Origin: an uncultured Planctomycetia bacterium
GTDB taxonomy: Bacteria > Omnitrophota > Gorgyraeia > 2-02-FULL-51-18 > JAGOUK01
Length of the DNA stretch: 64,000 nt
Reading direction: 5' to 3'
NCBI GenBank assembly: GCA_964430735.1
Contig: CAYSFB010000005.1
Span: forward strand, 46,390-110,389
A model generated the notes under the pieces. That model was not told where the DNA came from. It saw only the letters and a list, made by a program, of their open reading frames with translations, and made no database searches. Of this stretch, positions 9,101 to 24,100 are shown one piece after another (within the stretch, counting starts at the first letter, position 1; each line of letters begins with the position of its first letter). Position numbers and translations under genes: made by a program.

Positions 9101-12100
9101 TGATCACGCAGAAGGGCTCCTTCATCGACGCCGAAGTGCGCGCCGAGGCGCAGCTCGAAGCGATGGCGATGGTGCTGGCTTCCGCAGTGAAGGGCGGGCT
9201 CAAGTTCGAAGACGCGCGCCGCATCTGGCTCGACAGCTTCGCCGCGGAACAGAAGGTCAAAGGCATCCAAATTCCCGAATGGAGCGACGCGGACCTCGCA
9301 AAGCTCGTGGACGGGGCGCCGTCTGCCGTCGAGTTCACCATCACGTTCGACAAGAACGGCATCCCGTCGGCGACCGCTTTGAAGATCGCCATCTCCGACT
9401 ACAAACGCCGCGCGGCGCTGGCCCGCCTGAGCAGCGCCGAAGCCCGTCAGGCCGAGACGCAAAAGATGCTCGAGTCGCTCAAGGAGTCCTTGGCGGCGGA
9501 CGACCGCGCGTCGACGAATGAGAACGCCGCGGCCATCGTGATCCGCGCCAAGGAACGCTTCCTCGTGCAAATGGATTTGACGCGCGACGCCGCCGTGCTT
9601 GAGCGGCGCTGGGAGGCCGAGTGGGCGGATGCGTACATGAGCGCCCTGCGTAAAAAGGGAGTCCTGACCGCGGACACGCTTCCTGTGGAAGAAAAGTCCG
9701 CCTTCGACGCCGAAGTTGCCCGCGCCAAAGACGAAATCCGCTCCAAGCTTCAAATCCGCGTCGCCGAAAAGCACCGTCTTGACGGCGACCGGCAGCTCGC
9801 GTCAGCGTCCCGCGGAACGGCCCAAAGCCCTGAAGCCGCGACCGCCGCCGCGGGCAGCTTTGTCGCCCGGGTCGACGCATCCCGCCTCGCCGCCGGAGCG
9901 CGGCTCGCCGTGATGGAACGAGTGGGGAGTGCGGTCAAATTTTTGTTCCCGTTCCAGGCGGGCTCTGCGCCTGCCGACGCCGTCAAGCCCGAACCCGTCA
10001 AACCTGCTGCCGTCGAACCCAAGATCCTGGACTCCAAGCCGCGCCGGGCTCCGAAGCAGGCGCCGAAGCAGGCGCCGGTGAAGAAAAAGGCGGCGGCTGA
10101 ACCGGAGTTGAGCGGGGCGGAGTTGCAGCGTCTGGCCGTTTACGAAGCCCGCTTGGTCGGCAAGGTGCCGGCGCAGACGCTCGAACGGCTTCGGTCGAAG
10201 CCCGTGCTGGTGCGTCAAATCCTGTCCCTGATGGACCTCAAGGCCGGCGTTAACGACGCCCGCGTGGCCGCGCTTCGCCGCAATTTCAAATCACAAGGAT
10301 TCGCCAAATACACCGGCCCTTTAACCCGGTCGCTCACGCTCCGTGCTCCTCCGGCTGCCGAGAAGCCGGGTTTGTTGACCCGCATCACAAAATCCCGCTG
10401 GATTCGGGCGGCTGTGTTCGTAATTTATATGCTTATGCTTCCGGTTACGGCCGGGGCTCAAGGTTACGGAAGTTGGAATTGGTCGAAAGCCAAGCCCCAC
10501 GGCGATTTTCCCAGTCTGTCGAGCCTCAGGGGGCTCGGATCCTTCAATAATGGCGGTAATACGGATATTGTCGTTCCGAACCCGGGTCCCGAGTCTGTCA
10601 GGGTCATGGCCAGTCAGATTGACGCTTTGGAAAACGCCGCCTGGCGGATGAGCCAAGAGACGACGCGCAGTGCGGTGCAGGATGCCGCCTTTGCGGGCAT
10701 GCAGGCCGAAATGGACAGGAGCATGGTGCACACCCGTGTCGCCGATCTTCTCTTTAATTCGGCCCGGTTCCCGATCGCCACGTTCGGCTACGGGGACGTG
10801 GTCCGGCTGACGACGACAGACGACAACGGCGTGATTCTCAAGCTTCGCGGCCGCGATCCGCTGGCGTTTAAAATCGCCGTTCTCAGCCGGGTGGGCAACA
10901 AGGTTACCGGGCGATTCGTGGTCACCGATCCCCAGGACGGCAGGATGCTGATGGCGCCGGATGATATCGTCATTGATCTCTCAGACCGCGTCATGAAGAT
11001 CGAGTCGGTCGGCGGCAAGCCCGTCCGCAATGTTTATCCGAACGCGCCGACTCCGGTCATCAATCAGATGCGGGCCTTGTGGGAAGGCCTGGCCCCCAAG
11101 GTGAGTGAGTTGGCAGGCGATGCCTGGAGTCCGGCGGAAAAAAAGGCCCTCGCGGGAGACCCTTACCGGGATATTTTTGCGGTCAACACGGTTCGCGACA
11201 TCATCGGGGTTTATGAGGGCTTGGATCGTACGATCCGGTCCGCTGTCGAAAAAATGGACAAAGTTGGTATCGGCGGAACGGGCGCCGGAAGCGATGAGTT
11301 TACGGCGCAATTCGTTCAGAGCGTGCTGGAAAACCGCATGGAGCTCGCCGCCGCGACCCATCTGCGGCTTCAGGCTGATCTCGCGCGCGTCCAGCTCCGC
11401 ATCCGTGAGTTGGAACAGATCCAAAAGACCTCCGGTCTCAATCCGGACCAGGCTGCCGAGCTCGAGGCCCTCAAGGGGCCGGGTTATCTGACGCCTGAAG
11501 CGGGGGCGGCGATCCGTCCATTCGATGACAAGTCCGCGCCACTCGTGACACTGGGCTCGCTGACCCTTCAAGAAAAAATCGCAGCCCTCTCACAGATCAA
11601 TCCCGTGATCGGCGACTACGTGGATGCGGGCGGCACTGCCGATCGGTTCGCCGGCGTGACGGACCAGGCCCGCGCAAGAATCATCGCCTCCCATCCGTAC
11701 TTCCAGACGATGCGGGTGCTGCGGGACACGGATGCCTCCGGAAATGACCGTTACCAGCTCTTCACCATGGGGCAAAAAAACTTGGCCGCACTCGTCAAAG
11801 GAATGGAGGGTCTTCTCAAGCAGGAGGCGAACTGGCTCCGCTCCCTGAACCAAATTATTGCCGCTAAAGTCATCGACCCTTCGACGCTCGAAGGTCAGAT
11901 TCGCGCCGCCAGCCAGGATGAGCTGATCCGTCTTCTGCAAGACAAGCGGACCGGTCCCATGGCCATTCTGCTTTTCAGCAGGATGATCTCGCGCGGGGAT
12001 GTGCCGGTTGCGGCGCTCGAAGCGCTTGCGGAGAAGATGCAGAATTCCACCGACGAGCGTTGGAGGCTGTACTTCATGTTTATGGGATTGTCGATGCTGG

Positions 12101-15100
12101 AGAGCGTCCAGGAATCCGGAAGCGAACTCACAGGCTCCCAAAAAGCGATGATGGAAGCTGCTGAGCGGATGCTGACCCGAGCACGCGAGCAGCGCTCCCG
12201 CGAAGAGGCCAAAAGGAGCTCGGAACAGCAGGCGGCCCAGAGCGGCAGCCGCGAGCGGCAGCCCGTTTTTACTCCCTACGGTCACCGGTTTGCGAACGAC
12301 CCTGCCCGCGAAATCGTTTCGGCGCTGGCTCAAAAGCCCGAAGCCGCCAAAAAAATCGCCGATGCCGTTTGGAACGTGAATCTTAAAGAGGCCTCGCAAA
12401 TCGCTCTGGAATCGTTTCCCGAGCATCCCAAGCTTGCCGAGTGGATCGAAAACCTGAAGGGGATCTCCGGCGCCGGTGACGAGGTGTTTGTGGAGAATGT
12501 GTTCAAGTCGGCCAGATACATCAACGGACTTTTTGCACCGTACATGCCTGGAAGCATCACGGCCGAAGTGCTGCATATGAGCAAAGTCCGCATCGTCCCC
12601 ACCCAAGCAGTCGCCAAGTACGAGCTGCCTTTGGGGATCGGTCGCTCGGCGCACGTCGCCGAAACCCGTTACCAGGAGGGAGCCGCCGCTCCGATTCCTT
12701 CGAGCCCCTTTGTCGCCGTGCTCACGGGCAACGAAATCACGGGCGGCGTTTATGCGGGCGATACGAATCTGGACGCAGCGAACTTTTTGGCCCATGTCAT
12801 CTGGAATACCGCGATCAACCCCGATCCGGCCGCACGCGCGGCATGGGAGAAGGCCGAGAGGGGGATCCTGTATAACGCCGATGAAGAAGAAGCGGAACTC
12901 CAGAAAAAGCTCCTCCAGAGGAACTTCGCCGGCATGTCCCTCGAAGATGTTCAGGACCTTGTCCTGGCCACTCTTAACCGGCGGCAGGAGATCTTTTCGA
13001 TACGCAGCGAGATTGGTATGAGCTACGTGGATGAGGCGACCGGGCTCCAGGATCTGACCTCGCTGAACCTCATCGGTGTCGTCGAGGGCGTCACTCGGGA
13101 CGGACGAACCGTGCCGACCTCGGACCTGGCGGTGGTGCTTGCCATGCGCGATCTATCGGATGGCAAGGTCGGGAATTTGGGCGATCGCAGGATTCGAGTT
13201 TATGCGGGTCCCGACTCCTATCGGATCGTTCCGGTCAACGAGCAAATTCTTGTGCCGCTCGATCTTTTGGCCATTCCGGAAGGGAATATGCCGGCATGGA
13301 CGCAGGAATACGAGCCGCTGTTCGGCGCATCCCCGAGGGAGCTGTCGCGACGGACGGTTGCCACGCTCGCGAAGACCCTGTACCTCGACGGACAAAAGAC
13401 AACCGAAGAGGCGTGGAGGTCGACCCAGGCAAATGCGATTTATGCCTTTGAAGAGGGGCTCAAAGCGGGCGGTGCGTACGACAGAGTGATGCGCGGCAAG
13501 TTCGGGGCGGATATTCCCCAAATCCCGAACCGCGAACTTTACTCGGCGTCGGCAACGATGTTTTTGGTTCATTCGGCCGTGGCGCATATCGCTTCCTCCA
13601 AGCCATCTCCATCGGATGTCTATGACGCATATTATTGGCAGAAGGTTTTTTCACAGCAGCCGGACCGGCCCTTTACGGCCAGCCCTAACCAGCTCAACGA
13701 CCTGGTCCGCTATCTGGCGCGGGTCACGCAGATTAATTTGCAAAAGAACAATTTGGATCCTGGTCAAGACTTGCGCGGGATGAGTCCCGGCGTATGGGCG
13801 CTCGTGCTTCCCGAATTGATCGATTTGCCCGGAATAGAAGCTTACGGGCCGTCGTCCGGTTCCAAGATCTACTTCGACAGGTCGAGCGGTTTGGCCAGGG
13901 AGGTTCATGCTTGGAAGTACCAGCCGGGCACGGGGATCCGGCTGATCGTACCCAATCGCGTCTGGCGTGCCCTGGAGCCCAACCCCCGCGAGCTGGAGTG
14001 GGGCCAAAAAACATCCGAACGGACATCCGATCAAAAGGAATCAGCACAGGCTTCCGAGGGCGGCGAAAAGCAGCAAGGCGGGACGGGCCGCAGCGGCGCC
14101 TCCGATCAGAGTTCGGGTACAAAACAGTCCACCGGACAGTCGGAGTCCACAGAGAAGTCGGGTCAGGACGATCGATTGCCCGTGATCTGGGAATCGACTG
14201 GCAATGAAGCCGGTAACTCGACAGCGGGCCCGGATCAGGCCGCAAGGACCCAGGCCCGCCCGGCCTTGGCCGGAACTTACGAGCCGGGGACGCCGCTCGG
14301 TGATTTTGTGCTGACCCCCAGCGTCGCTCAAGCGCTGGAGGTTCTTGAGGCGGTCGAGCTCCATAAACTAAAGGACAGCCCCACCGGTCTAAATCTGCCT
14401 CCGGACGGCAAGTTGACCGAGGAAGACGAGAAAAGGTATAGGCTCATTTTTTCCGGAACGACACCGGACGCGGTAGTCACAGCGGTTCAGAACGGCGACC
14501 TCACGCTGGCACACATCGAAGCGCTCGCGCAGGCGCTGGGTCTTCGCGAGGGCGAGGATGCTTCTCGGGATCCGTTGCGTGTGGGAGGGAGCTTCACGGA
14601 TGTGGATGTGGCACGGATGAATGCGGTGGCGAGAGAGCTGCGCAAAGCCGTTGCTCCCCTGGACGCCAAGCACAAGGTCATGGACGGCCGTTTCACCGAC
14701 TTCAAGCAGAATCTCGAGAAGGCCGCTCGAGACCGCGCCGAGGCGTTAGCCGGCACGGACGAAGATTTGTCGGCTGGCTTTTCTGACGCGGCGGATCAGA
14801 TTCGCTTCGCCGCCATGGACGCGAAGGAAAAAGCGGGATTGGACGCTACGACGATTCAGATCCTGCAGGGCAACACCTCCGTCGAGACCATGGCTTACCA
14901 GCTCACCGCGCAGGGCTGGACCTACGGATTGGGAATCCGTTTCAATCCGATTTCAAATAAATGGGAGCCCATCGCCGGAGCTGAGCTCCGGTCGGCCGAT
15001 CAGCTCGAAGGCCAGGACACCGGCCGCCGGTCCGATGTATACAATCTGTTCGCGGGTAACAAAATCATTACGCTCACCGGGTTAAGAGAGCTGTATCAGG

Positions 15101-18100
15101 CTGATAAGATCGCCCAGGTCAATCTCGATTTTATCAACAGCATGCTGCCCGGTTGGATGGATTTGGGACGGCAGGACTTCGACGGCCTCTCACCGGATCA
15201 AATCTTTTTTGTGATCGCTGAAAAATTCGAGGTGCAGCATCGGGTGATCCTCACCGCTCCGGCACTCGAAGAACTTGCGCGGCTGGTCCGGGAGCGGAAG
15301 AATCTCGAAGAGCGCGTGAATACCGGCGGTCCGATCAATAGAGGCATGGTGTTCAGTGCTTCCGCGGGAGATCCATATACCTTCTTGATGGGCGAAGCCG
15401 AGCGTGTTCGAGGCAAGGTTCGGGAAGCGGGCGATGCGTTGAGGCGCCAGTACCAGATGCCTTTTACCGCCGGCAGCGAAGAGTCGGACCGGAAGCACCG
15501 GCAAACACAGGAAGCGTGGACGAATCCGTCTCCGGCGGAAGCACGCTTAAAGGAGCTGCAGGCTCAGAACGCTCTCTATACCGGTGCTTATTTTGCACAG
15601 GTGCAGGATGATGCGACCGTCTTTGTCCGGCCGGCGGATATCAAGGATACCTATGCCAATCTGGAAGGTTCGCCGGCGTCCTGGACCATTCTGCTTCGGC
15701 AGATCGTGCCGGCTGCCGCTCTTGACCCAAATGCGGGCAAGCCTTGGGCACCCATGTACCGCGAGCTTCGGGTGGAGCGCGACCGGTTCGGTGTGCCGAC
15801 GGGCCGGGCGGCCGAAATCATCCGCGAAGTCCCGCGCACGAATCCGGATCAAATCGACTCCTTCGTAAAAAATATTGCCGTGCCGTCCGCGGAAGAAATC
15901 GCCCTGCAGCGGCAGTGGGCCGATGCGGCCGCCAAAGTGGCTCTGGCAAGCTTCAAGCGGGACCGTGTGACGACACCAAAGTATGAGCCGACGCCCCAGA
16001 CCATCGATCCCGCGATTTGGTACTTCTCCAATCCCAATTTGCGCCCTCACATCCAACCCGCGTCCGCGTCAGACTCCCAATCTGTGAAGCAGGCGGACGC
16101 GGACCTTGCGCTCGCGACGGAGGCATACAACGCAGTCTCCCGTTCGCTCGGAACCTTTGCAAATCGCAAGTCTGTGGCGGAAGTGATCGGGGCTCAAGGC
16201 GTCGAATCCTGGCACGCCTCGGCCCGGCGCAGCCGCGAGGAGCTTGAGAGTCAGATCCGGGCCGCCGAAGAACCGGTCCAGCGTCCAGCTTCGGCAACCA
16301 AGCGCATTCCGACCGATGTCGCTGCCAAGTCCGTCCAAACAGCAGTCGCAAAGCTCAAGACTTCGGAACTCAATAAGGCACACGACCAGGCCGTTGCGGC
16401 TCTGGAGAAATATCAGAAGTTCGTTGCCTCCATGGCTGTTTCGGATCCGCGCCAGGGCGCGTATCTGCTGGGCGAAGATGTGCCCGGGTATTGGGTCCTG
16501 GACAACCAATCGAACATTGGCGAATGGATGACCGAAGAGCAGCTCAAATCCAGGTTCCCCGATTCGGACCCCGCTCACCGCCAATACCGGAATCAGATCG
16601 AGGGCCGCCCCTCCCAGACTGTGATCGGCGGAACCACCATCATGTATTTTGGCAATTACCGTCCACCGCAAGACGAGGTGAAGCTTAACCACTTCGTTCT
16701 CGCCGACCCTATCACCGGCGAACGGGAAGCGTTTTATACCCGCAGTCAGCTGGCGGCGCTGGCGGATGAGGACGCGGCGAAGCCCGAAGCGGAGCGTGCC
16801 GGATGGCACGATGCCCGGAAGGCGCTGGACGCGGGAGAGAATGCGGTCCTGCTCCCGGGCAACAAGCTGCTTGTGACCTTGGCGTCCAAAGCGACGCTTT
16901 TTACGGATGCCGAAGGCCTGCCGCAGCTTCGCATCCAACCGGTGGATGCGGGTCCGCTCAAGGTCGCCGATCAGAAGATGCTCACGTCCATATCATCCAT
17001 GGAGTATGCGCACGAATCGAGTACCGCGCATTTGGAGGAATTGGCCGGCAAGCTTGCCGCAGTTTACAGCACCGAGTTGTCGATCGGTCACCCGGGATCC
17101 TCTGTCGTGATCGGCGGACTCAAGACCGAGGTCCGTGAATTCGGGACGTTCGCCGGTTACGTCAGCACCGACTATATGAGTTATATCCCGATTTATCTTC
17201 AGACCGGTCCGAATCTTGAACTGATCGACGTTGTCGGCACCGTCGAACGCGTTCCGGGTAAGCGCGGCGAGCCCAAAGGGTCCGCCCAGCACTTCAAGAT
17301 CGCCGGTCCGCTGGAACCGAATTACCGATTCGTCACTCCGAACACGGCAGAGGCCACTCATTTTTCCATTACTCCGGTGGCCAATCAGCCCATCAGCCTG
17401 CAGTCTCTGACCGATGGTTTGAGCATCGGACGGGACGTTTTGAATCCCATCGAGACGGCACGGTTGCGGTTGGCAGGACTTTCTCACGGACCGAGAACGG
17501 GCGCATTCGTCATTCAAGGTGTGGCCAGCGTCCACAACCCCGGTCAGCAGATGGAGACGGGGACCAACGGACCCAACGCGGTATGGCAACCTCCTGCGGC
17601 GGCAGACGCAGCGGGAGGCCAACAGGCCATTTTCCCCGGGGCTTCCTACTCCTACTCCATCGAACGGATGCGCGAGCATCTGATTCCGTTTACGACCACG
17701 GCTGAACAACTTGAAGTGAACAACAGGGGCAGGGTGGATCTCTTCGGCGGTGTGTACATCGCGAGCAGCGGCAATTATGGGGCAGCGCCCGTCGGCTATT
17801 CGGGACATCCCGCCGCTGAACGCGCCTTGAATGCGAAGGAACTCCACTATCGTCAACTGATGCAGCTTGCAGCGCAGTCGCGGGATGCCGATGTCAGCCG
17901 GCATCTCCGCGGGTTTGCGTACAGTCCGCATGTCATCCTGCCCGAATCCGTTTATGGCGGTATTCCCAGTTTTGTGACGGTCGAGCTCGGCCTGCACCAG
18001 ATCGCGGAACAAATGCGCGAGTGGCTCAGCGCGAATGGCGGACTTCGGTCTACGCATCAGGAATTTGTGTTGTCGACCCCCGACGTTGCGCTTCAGGTAA

Positions 18101-21100
18101 TCGCCCAAATCCGTAACCGGCAGGGCAAGGCTATACCTTCTGCTGCCAAGCCCGCCGCCCAGCCTTCCGTCCAACCGGCCGCCAAACCCGGCGTGAAGGA
18201 CCAGTCGTACTTTAAGGCATTGGAAGAAAGGGCTTGGGGCTCTCTGACGATCCAGCAGAGGGACGATCTCGAGAATTATAGACTGCGCAACAAAATCAAG
18301 GCTCCCTTCACGGCCGTTTCAAATTGGATCAGAGGCTTCGCTCGGGATGTGCGCAACAACCCGACCGCTATGTCCTGGAGGGAAGACGACGGTGCGGTAA
18401 GTCCGGACGAATCATCCGCGGCCACCGGCGCGCGGCTCGCCGCAACCGAAGCGACGGCGGACCAGGCCGCGCCGGAAGCGACTCAGTCGTCCGGGGTTTT
18501 CGGCGTTCCCCAGTGGGTGGTGCGGAGAATAGCCGACTCATATATGCGGGTATGGAAGCAGCAGCAGCGATACGCCCAAATGCTGCAGGACCGCTCGGGA
18601 GAGACGGCACTGCGCGAGGCGTGGGACCGCGATGCGCTCCGGGGAAATGCGGTGGATCCGCTGCTTCGGATGGCTTTGGATCAGAACGACGATCCCTTTG
18701 AAGTCCGCAAGCCGATCCGCTTCTTCGGCGTGATCGTCCGGACGGACAAGGACGGCAAGACCGCCTACGAAACACTGAGGGCCGGGGATTTGGCGCGCAT
18801 CGAAGCCGATGCGGAAACGGGCAAGTTCTATATCCGCAAGCGGCAGGGCAAGACTTGGTTGAACCAGGGTTACGGCACCGTTTACTTCAACGATTCGGCC
18901 CGGATGCTCTATGACCGGATCGGATTCCGGAAGGTGACGGAAGCGGATTGGAATCGGTTCGTCAGCGCCGGCAGCTTCGGGGCCGTGGCATCGCAGCAAA
19001 AAACGTCGACGGAATCGGATGCTGCCGCACCTACGGCCGCAGCCGCCGGAACGAGCGACCAGCACAAGACTCTTCTTGAGATCGATGCCGAAACCAACGC
19101 CCGGCAGCTCGCTGCGGTGAAGAGCTTCTTCCGCAAGGCGGTCCAACAGGTGTTCGGCAACCGCCTCCTCAGGGCCGTTTTGACCACGGGCCTGATGGGC
19201 TTGGGCCTCATCCACCTTTCTTCCGCGTTCCTTCAGGCAGCCGCTCCGGATAGGGACAAGGCCGTCGCCGCCTACACGGCTGAATCGGTCAAAAACCCGA
19301 CCAAGCTCACAGCCAGCCACTACACAGACCCGCGCTACAGCCATATTGCGTTTAATTATGACCAGATGATGATCGCCAACACCTTCCTCGGGTCCGGTTA
19401 CACGGCGGAAGGTCTCCAGATCCTCGACTATTATCTTCCGGGATTCGAAGGCACCGCCCCGCGCGGCGCCGTCCGCGACTACAAGGGCAGCAAGATGCTG
19501 GTGAATGCGGTCAACGTCCGGACAGGCCGCGAAGACCTCGAGTGGCACATCACGCCCGGACCCAACGCGTTTGCGGTCATGTCCTACCTCAAGAGTCATA
19601 ACGCGGCGCTCAAAGCCGGCGATCCCGTCAAGGCCGAGCGCTATCTGAAGGCCGCGATCCAGATCGCTGAAGGACTCATGAAGATGCAGGCCCCGGACGG
19701 CGGATACCGTCACGGAACGGCGAATCCGAAGAAGACGGCTGCCGAGCCGCATTCCGACGTCATCGCGGCTTTGCAATGGCTGGAGAAGACTCTCAAGTCC
19801 CGTCCCCAGGATGCCGCAAAGAAAGATCTGATCGCCCGCATTCACGAGTCCGTCGAAGGATCGGCCGACGGAGCGAAGCCGGGCGCCAAGCGCTTCTTCC
19901 TCAAGCATCTGTATGACCGCGAAAAGGGCATCGTTTATCAAGGGTACGAGGAAGGCAAGGGCACCAATTTTGACGAATCGCTCGACACGCTGTCCTGGTT
20001 CCTGATGACACCGTTCGGCCAGTCGCTTCCCGACGCAGACATCAAAAAAATCACCGATACGATGCTTCGGAAATACGTCACGAAGGTCCGGTACAACGGC
20101 CAGGAGATCCTGGGCGGTGACTTTGCCGACTCCAGCAGCCCGGTCGTAATCGACCGCCGCGACGGCAAAAAACCCATGATCTCGGTTGAATGGACTGCCG
20201 GCATGATCGGTGCGTTGCAGGTCGATGCGGTCCGCTTCAAGGATTCGGATCCCGTGCTGGCGGCTGAGTACAAGGCCAAGGCCTTGGTGCTTCTCGACGA
20301 GCTTGGAAAAACCTTCAGCCAGTACACCGACCGGCAGCTGGATGCGGTGATGGGACCCTATGCGACTGCGGGAAATGTTCTGGTCGCGGTCGATGGACCC
20401 GGATGGCTCACGCCGCGAGGCAACGGGAGCGCGATCGCAATCTCAATCCTGAATGCGATGGTTGGACATAACTTCTTCACCGGTCAGTTGATCGAGGGAT
20501 TTGATGGCATCCCGGTGACGCCCGACCAGATGACAGCCGCCCGCGCCAAGCTGGACGAGTTGGCCGCCCCGAGAACCGAAGCGGCGCCGGGCCAGGCTCC
20601 TGTCAGGGCTCCGGCTCCAGCCCAACCGGTCCAGGTCCAGCCCGCCCAGGCGCAACCGGTCCAGGCTCCCGTCAAGGCTCCGGCTCCGGCACAGCCCGCT
20701 CCCGCCGCCGGGGGCCGTCAAGAGGAAATCAAGCTTCCCAGGGTGCAAAATGCCCCGGGCCCGAACAACGAACGCGCCGAGTACTACGATTTGGATCAGC
20801 CGATCGAACTTCAGGCGAACGATCAAATCATCATTGAATACACGAGCCACACTCCCGGCCGGCAAGTGGGTTTGCAGCTCGTTCCGAGCAAAGCCCGCGC
20901 GGACGCCCATAAGGACGTCATAATTTACGACATCACGCCAAACAACGATCCGCTCATTTTTACGGCACCGGGACGCGTTCGATTGGAGCGCTTGGCCTTC
21001 CAGTACGGCGATCTGCCGTTCGGATTGAAGAAAAACGAGATGCCCAAGAACCGTCCGGATGGAGAAAACCGTCCGAATGGATCCGATATCAATGTAACCC

Positions 21101-24100
21101 GCGTGCGGATCCTGCGGGCTCCTCAGGCTGCCCAGCCCGCCGCCGTCCCGCAGCCCGCCGCCGCTCCGCAGGGCCCCGCCGCACAGATCGACATGAACAA
21201 GCTCAATGCGGCTGCGACGCCGGCAGAAGCGGCAGAAACGGTATTTCAACGCGAGACCGATCACCGCGACGTTATGGTCGAGCCCGATCGGAGCGGTGTC
21301 GGGATCCCGGCCTCCGTTAACTGGCCGACGGCGGGGGCGGTCCGCTCTTTGGCATTTTTTGGAGGCGATGAGGTCTACGAAGCAGATGAAGCTGCAACGA
21401 AAAAGTGGATCGCGGAGAACCCCGGCAAACCGATCGATCAAATGCCGCGGTTGAACGTGCCATCTCCCTCCGATAGCGGAACTTGGCTGATGACGACCGA
21501 CCGCCGCGGCCGTTTCTTGTCGATCGATGTATTGCAGGGTAATCAAATCGAGAAGTCCTTCACCGGTAATGTTCAAGTGTGGGTTCCCAAAGTTCCAGGC
21601 GAAAAGCCTGCGACAGGCAATGGCGTGTGGATGCCGATCCAGCAATACATTCAGTTTGATGCGATCGGCGGCGTCATCAACCGGATCAATTCCGATACCT
21701 GGGTGCGTTTTGATCTGTTGAACTTGGCCGAGTACAGAGATGGCGAGGCGGATCCGGTGGGACATTCCACCTATGCCGTCGATCCCGGATCCCATGGATT
21801 CATGCTGGGCGATCTTGGATATGAAATCGGATCCGGATCAGATTTTTTCAAAAAAAATGTGAAGGCACTGGTCAAATACACCGTGCATCGCGGCACGGTC
21901 CGCGATTACGCCGATCCGGGACGGGATTCGTCCCGTCTTTATGCAATTGAACATTTTGTCGCCAAGAAGAACGGAAGCGGCGGTATTTTGCATGACGCAA
22001 AAGGTCAGCCGCAATTCCATCGCTTCGTCGAGTTTAGAGATTCCAGGGGGTTTGTGCGATATACCGTTTACGGCGGCATTCTTACCAACTTTATCTACAA
22101 CAACGACAACCAGCTCATGCTGACCCGAAAGTTCGCCGTTCAGCCCGAACTCTTCTCAAATCCTGTGAACAACGAGGTTCTGAATCCGGACGATGCGCAA
22201 CAGGTTCCGGTCACGGACTACATCGGACAATCCTTTTACACGGGTCAAACCCGGCCGCTGACCGACGTTGAAGAGCGGCTGGGACGCCGAATTCTGGAAG
22301 GGCGCCAACGGCTGCTTGACCCTCGGCAGAAGGGCGACTTTGCGCGTATCCGGACCGAACTGGATGCGCTGACGGCCGCCAAAGAAAAAATCGATGCGCT
22401 GTTGTCGGATGTTCATGCTCGGGACAGCGCCGCCCTGGCGCGTATGGCGGCGGCGTCTGATGATGAATCGATCTCGGTTGCTCCGATCCAAACACTGAAA
22501 AACGGAACGCAGGAGATCGCCGACAGGCGGAGGGCGGCCGCGGAGCAGGTGTTTGCGCTGGTCCGGGGCTTCGATGGTTTTGGGGATTTGGATGTTTCTA
22601 CGGTTCTGCTTGACCAGAGAGAATCGCTGGTCGTTACAGAATCCGTTGAGTTCATCCGCGGATCTGAAGGCGAGTATGCCCAAGGATTTAATCGCGACGG
22701 ATCAGAAAAGCAGATCAGAAAAGGCGATGCCGCATATGAGGAATTCGTAAGGCTGCTCGATTGGCAGCGCCAATTGAGCGCCGAGTTGCACCGGGCCGGC
22801 CTCAAGTCCGAAGACAGCATGGGAGAGGGCGACAAGATCGGCGGATACCGCGCCTTGATCGGAAGGTCAAAAAATGCGGGAGCCATTGACGCGCAGACGG
22901 AACAGCGGCTTCTCGGACTGTTGGAAAAAATCGACCGGGCGATTGTATTTGGATCCGGACTGCTGACGCATGGGGAGCTCAAATTCCGAGGCGACGCGGG
23001 TCTCGACTACGCGACGGCAGTTCTGATGTCGCGCGATCACACGCTGCGAATACTTGACGATCAGATCGCCAAGCAATCGGCCGAGTTGGCAGCGCTGCCT
23101 CCCGGAGGAGTCCAGGCCAAGCAGGCGGCTGCCGACCTGGCGGCTCTCAAGCGCAAGCGCGATGATTTGGACCGAATCACTCCGGACTTGGCTTTTATAA
23201 CCCTCTATGACCGGTCATCGAATATGTCCGATCCGGCGGGGCTCAATCGGGAGCATCTGAGGTCTCAATCCAAGTATGGCGTGCCGACCCCTCCGATCGC
23301 CTACGATGCCAAGGGAAGGTTGGGTTTTGCCGGAGGCTTGGCGTTGGATCCCTGGCAGATAGTCGCAGCATCCGCCGATGCGCTGCTGCATGAAGTGACG
23401 ACCGTTGAGTCGCACAATCCATCCGGAGAACAGCTCCTGCGGGTTCGTAAACTGCAATACGCCAACGGGACGTATCAGGCCGAGACCCTTTTCGGGGATA
23501 CACGCGACTATGCGGAAGGCCGGTTGATGCAGATCGAAATACCCGGACTTTTGAAGGTCGTGATCCTGCGTGATGCGCAGGGCAGGGAGCTCGGACAGTT
23601 TGCGTTCGGACTCAACCGCGAACGCTCTGAAGAGCTGTCCCGGATCGCGGGATATCCCGTTCGAATTTACGATGTCCCTACCGCCTACGGTGCCGCAAAG
23701 CCGGGAGCTTGGGGCTTGAGCGACAACTATTCTCTCAATTCGACCGTACTTCGGGACGATCAAGATCGTCCGGTGATCGCGGATAGAGAGCGGATGATCC
23801 CTGCCAGCGTCTATCTTCATGAGGATGGAACGCCGTATACAGCGGACGAGATGGCCTTGGTCCGCAACCAGTCGCTGCTGGCTCAGACGACGCGCCCGGC
23901 AGACGACCGCAAAACGCAATTTGGGGCACTCCAAGATCAGCTCGGAAAGGCGATGCGCACCCATTCGGTCGAGCGTCACGATGATTTTGGAGTGCTCGCT
24001 GAGCAGCGGATCGGCAACAGCATTCTGATCCGGGTGCTGTTCGACCGCCAGGGCATCGAATACGGACGCATCGAGCTGGCTCGCGACACAAACGGTGAAT

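Noticed and set aside
7501-9774. 757-aa minus-strand ORF overlapping the start of the 10.3k gene. Similar long antisense ORFs occur at 11590..12795, 18538..19941, 20443..21795, 23215..24909, 43468..46008, 51316..52587 and 54619..57612.
   Set aside because: They lie antisense to a frame carrying unmistakable enzyme motifs. High GC suppresses stop codons on the opposite strand. Their translations are Arg/Gly/Asp-rich low-complexity strings with no recognisable motifs.
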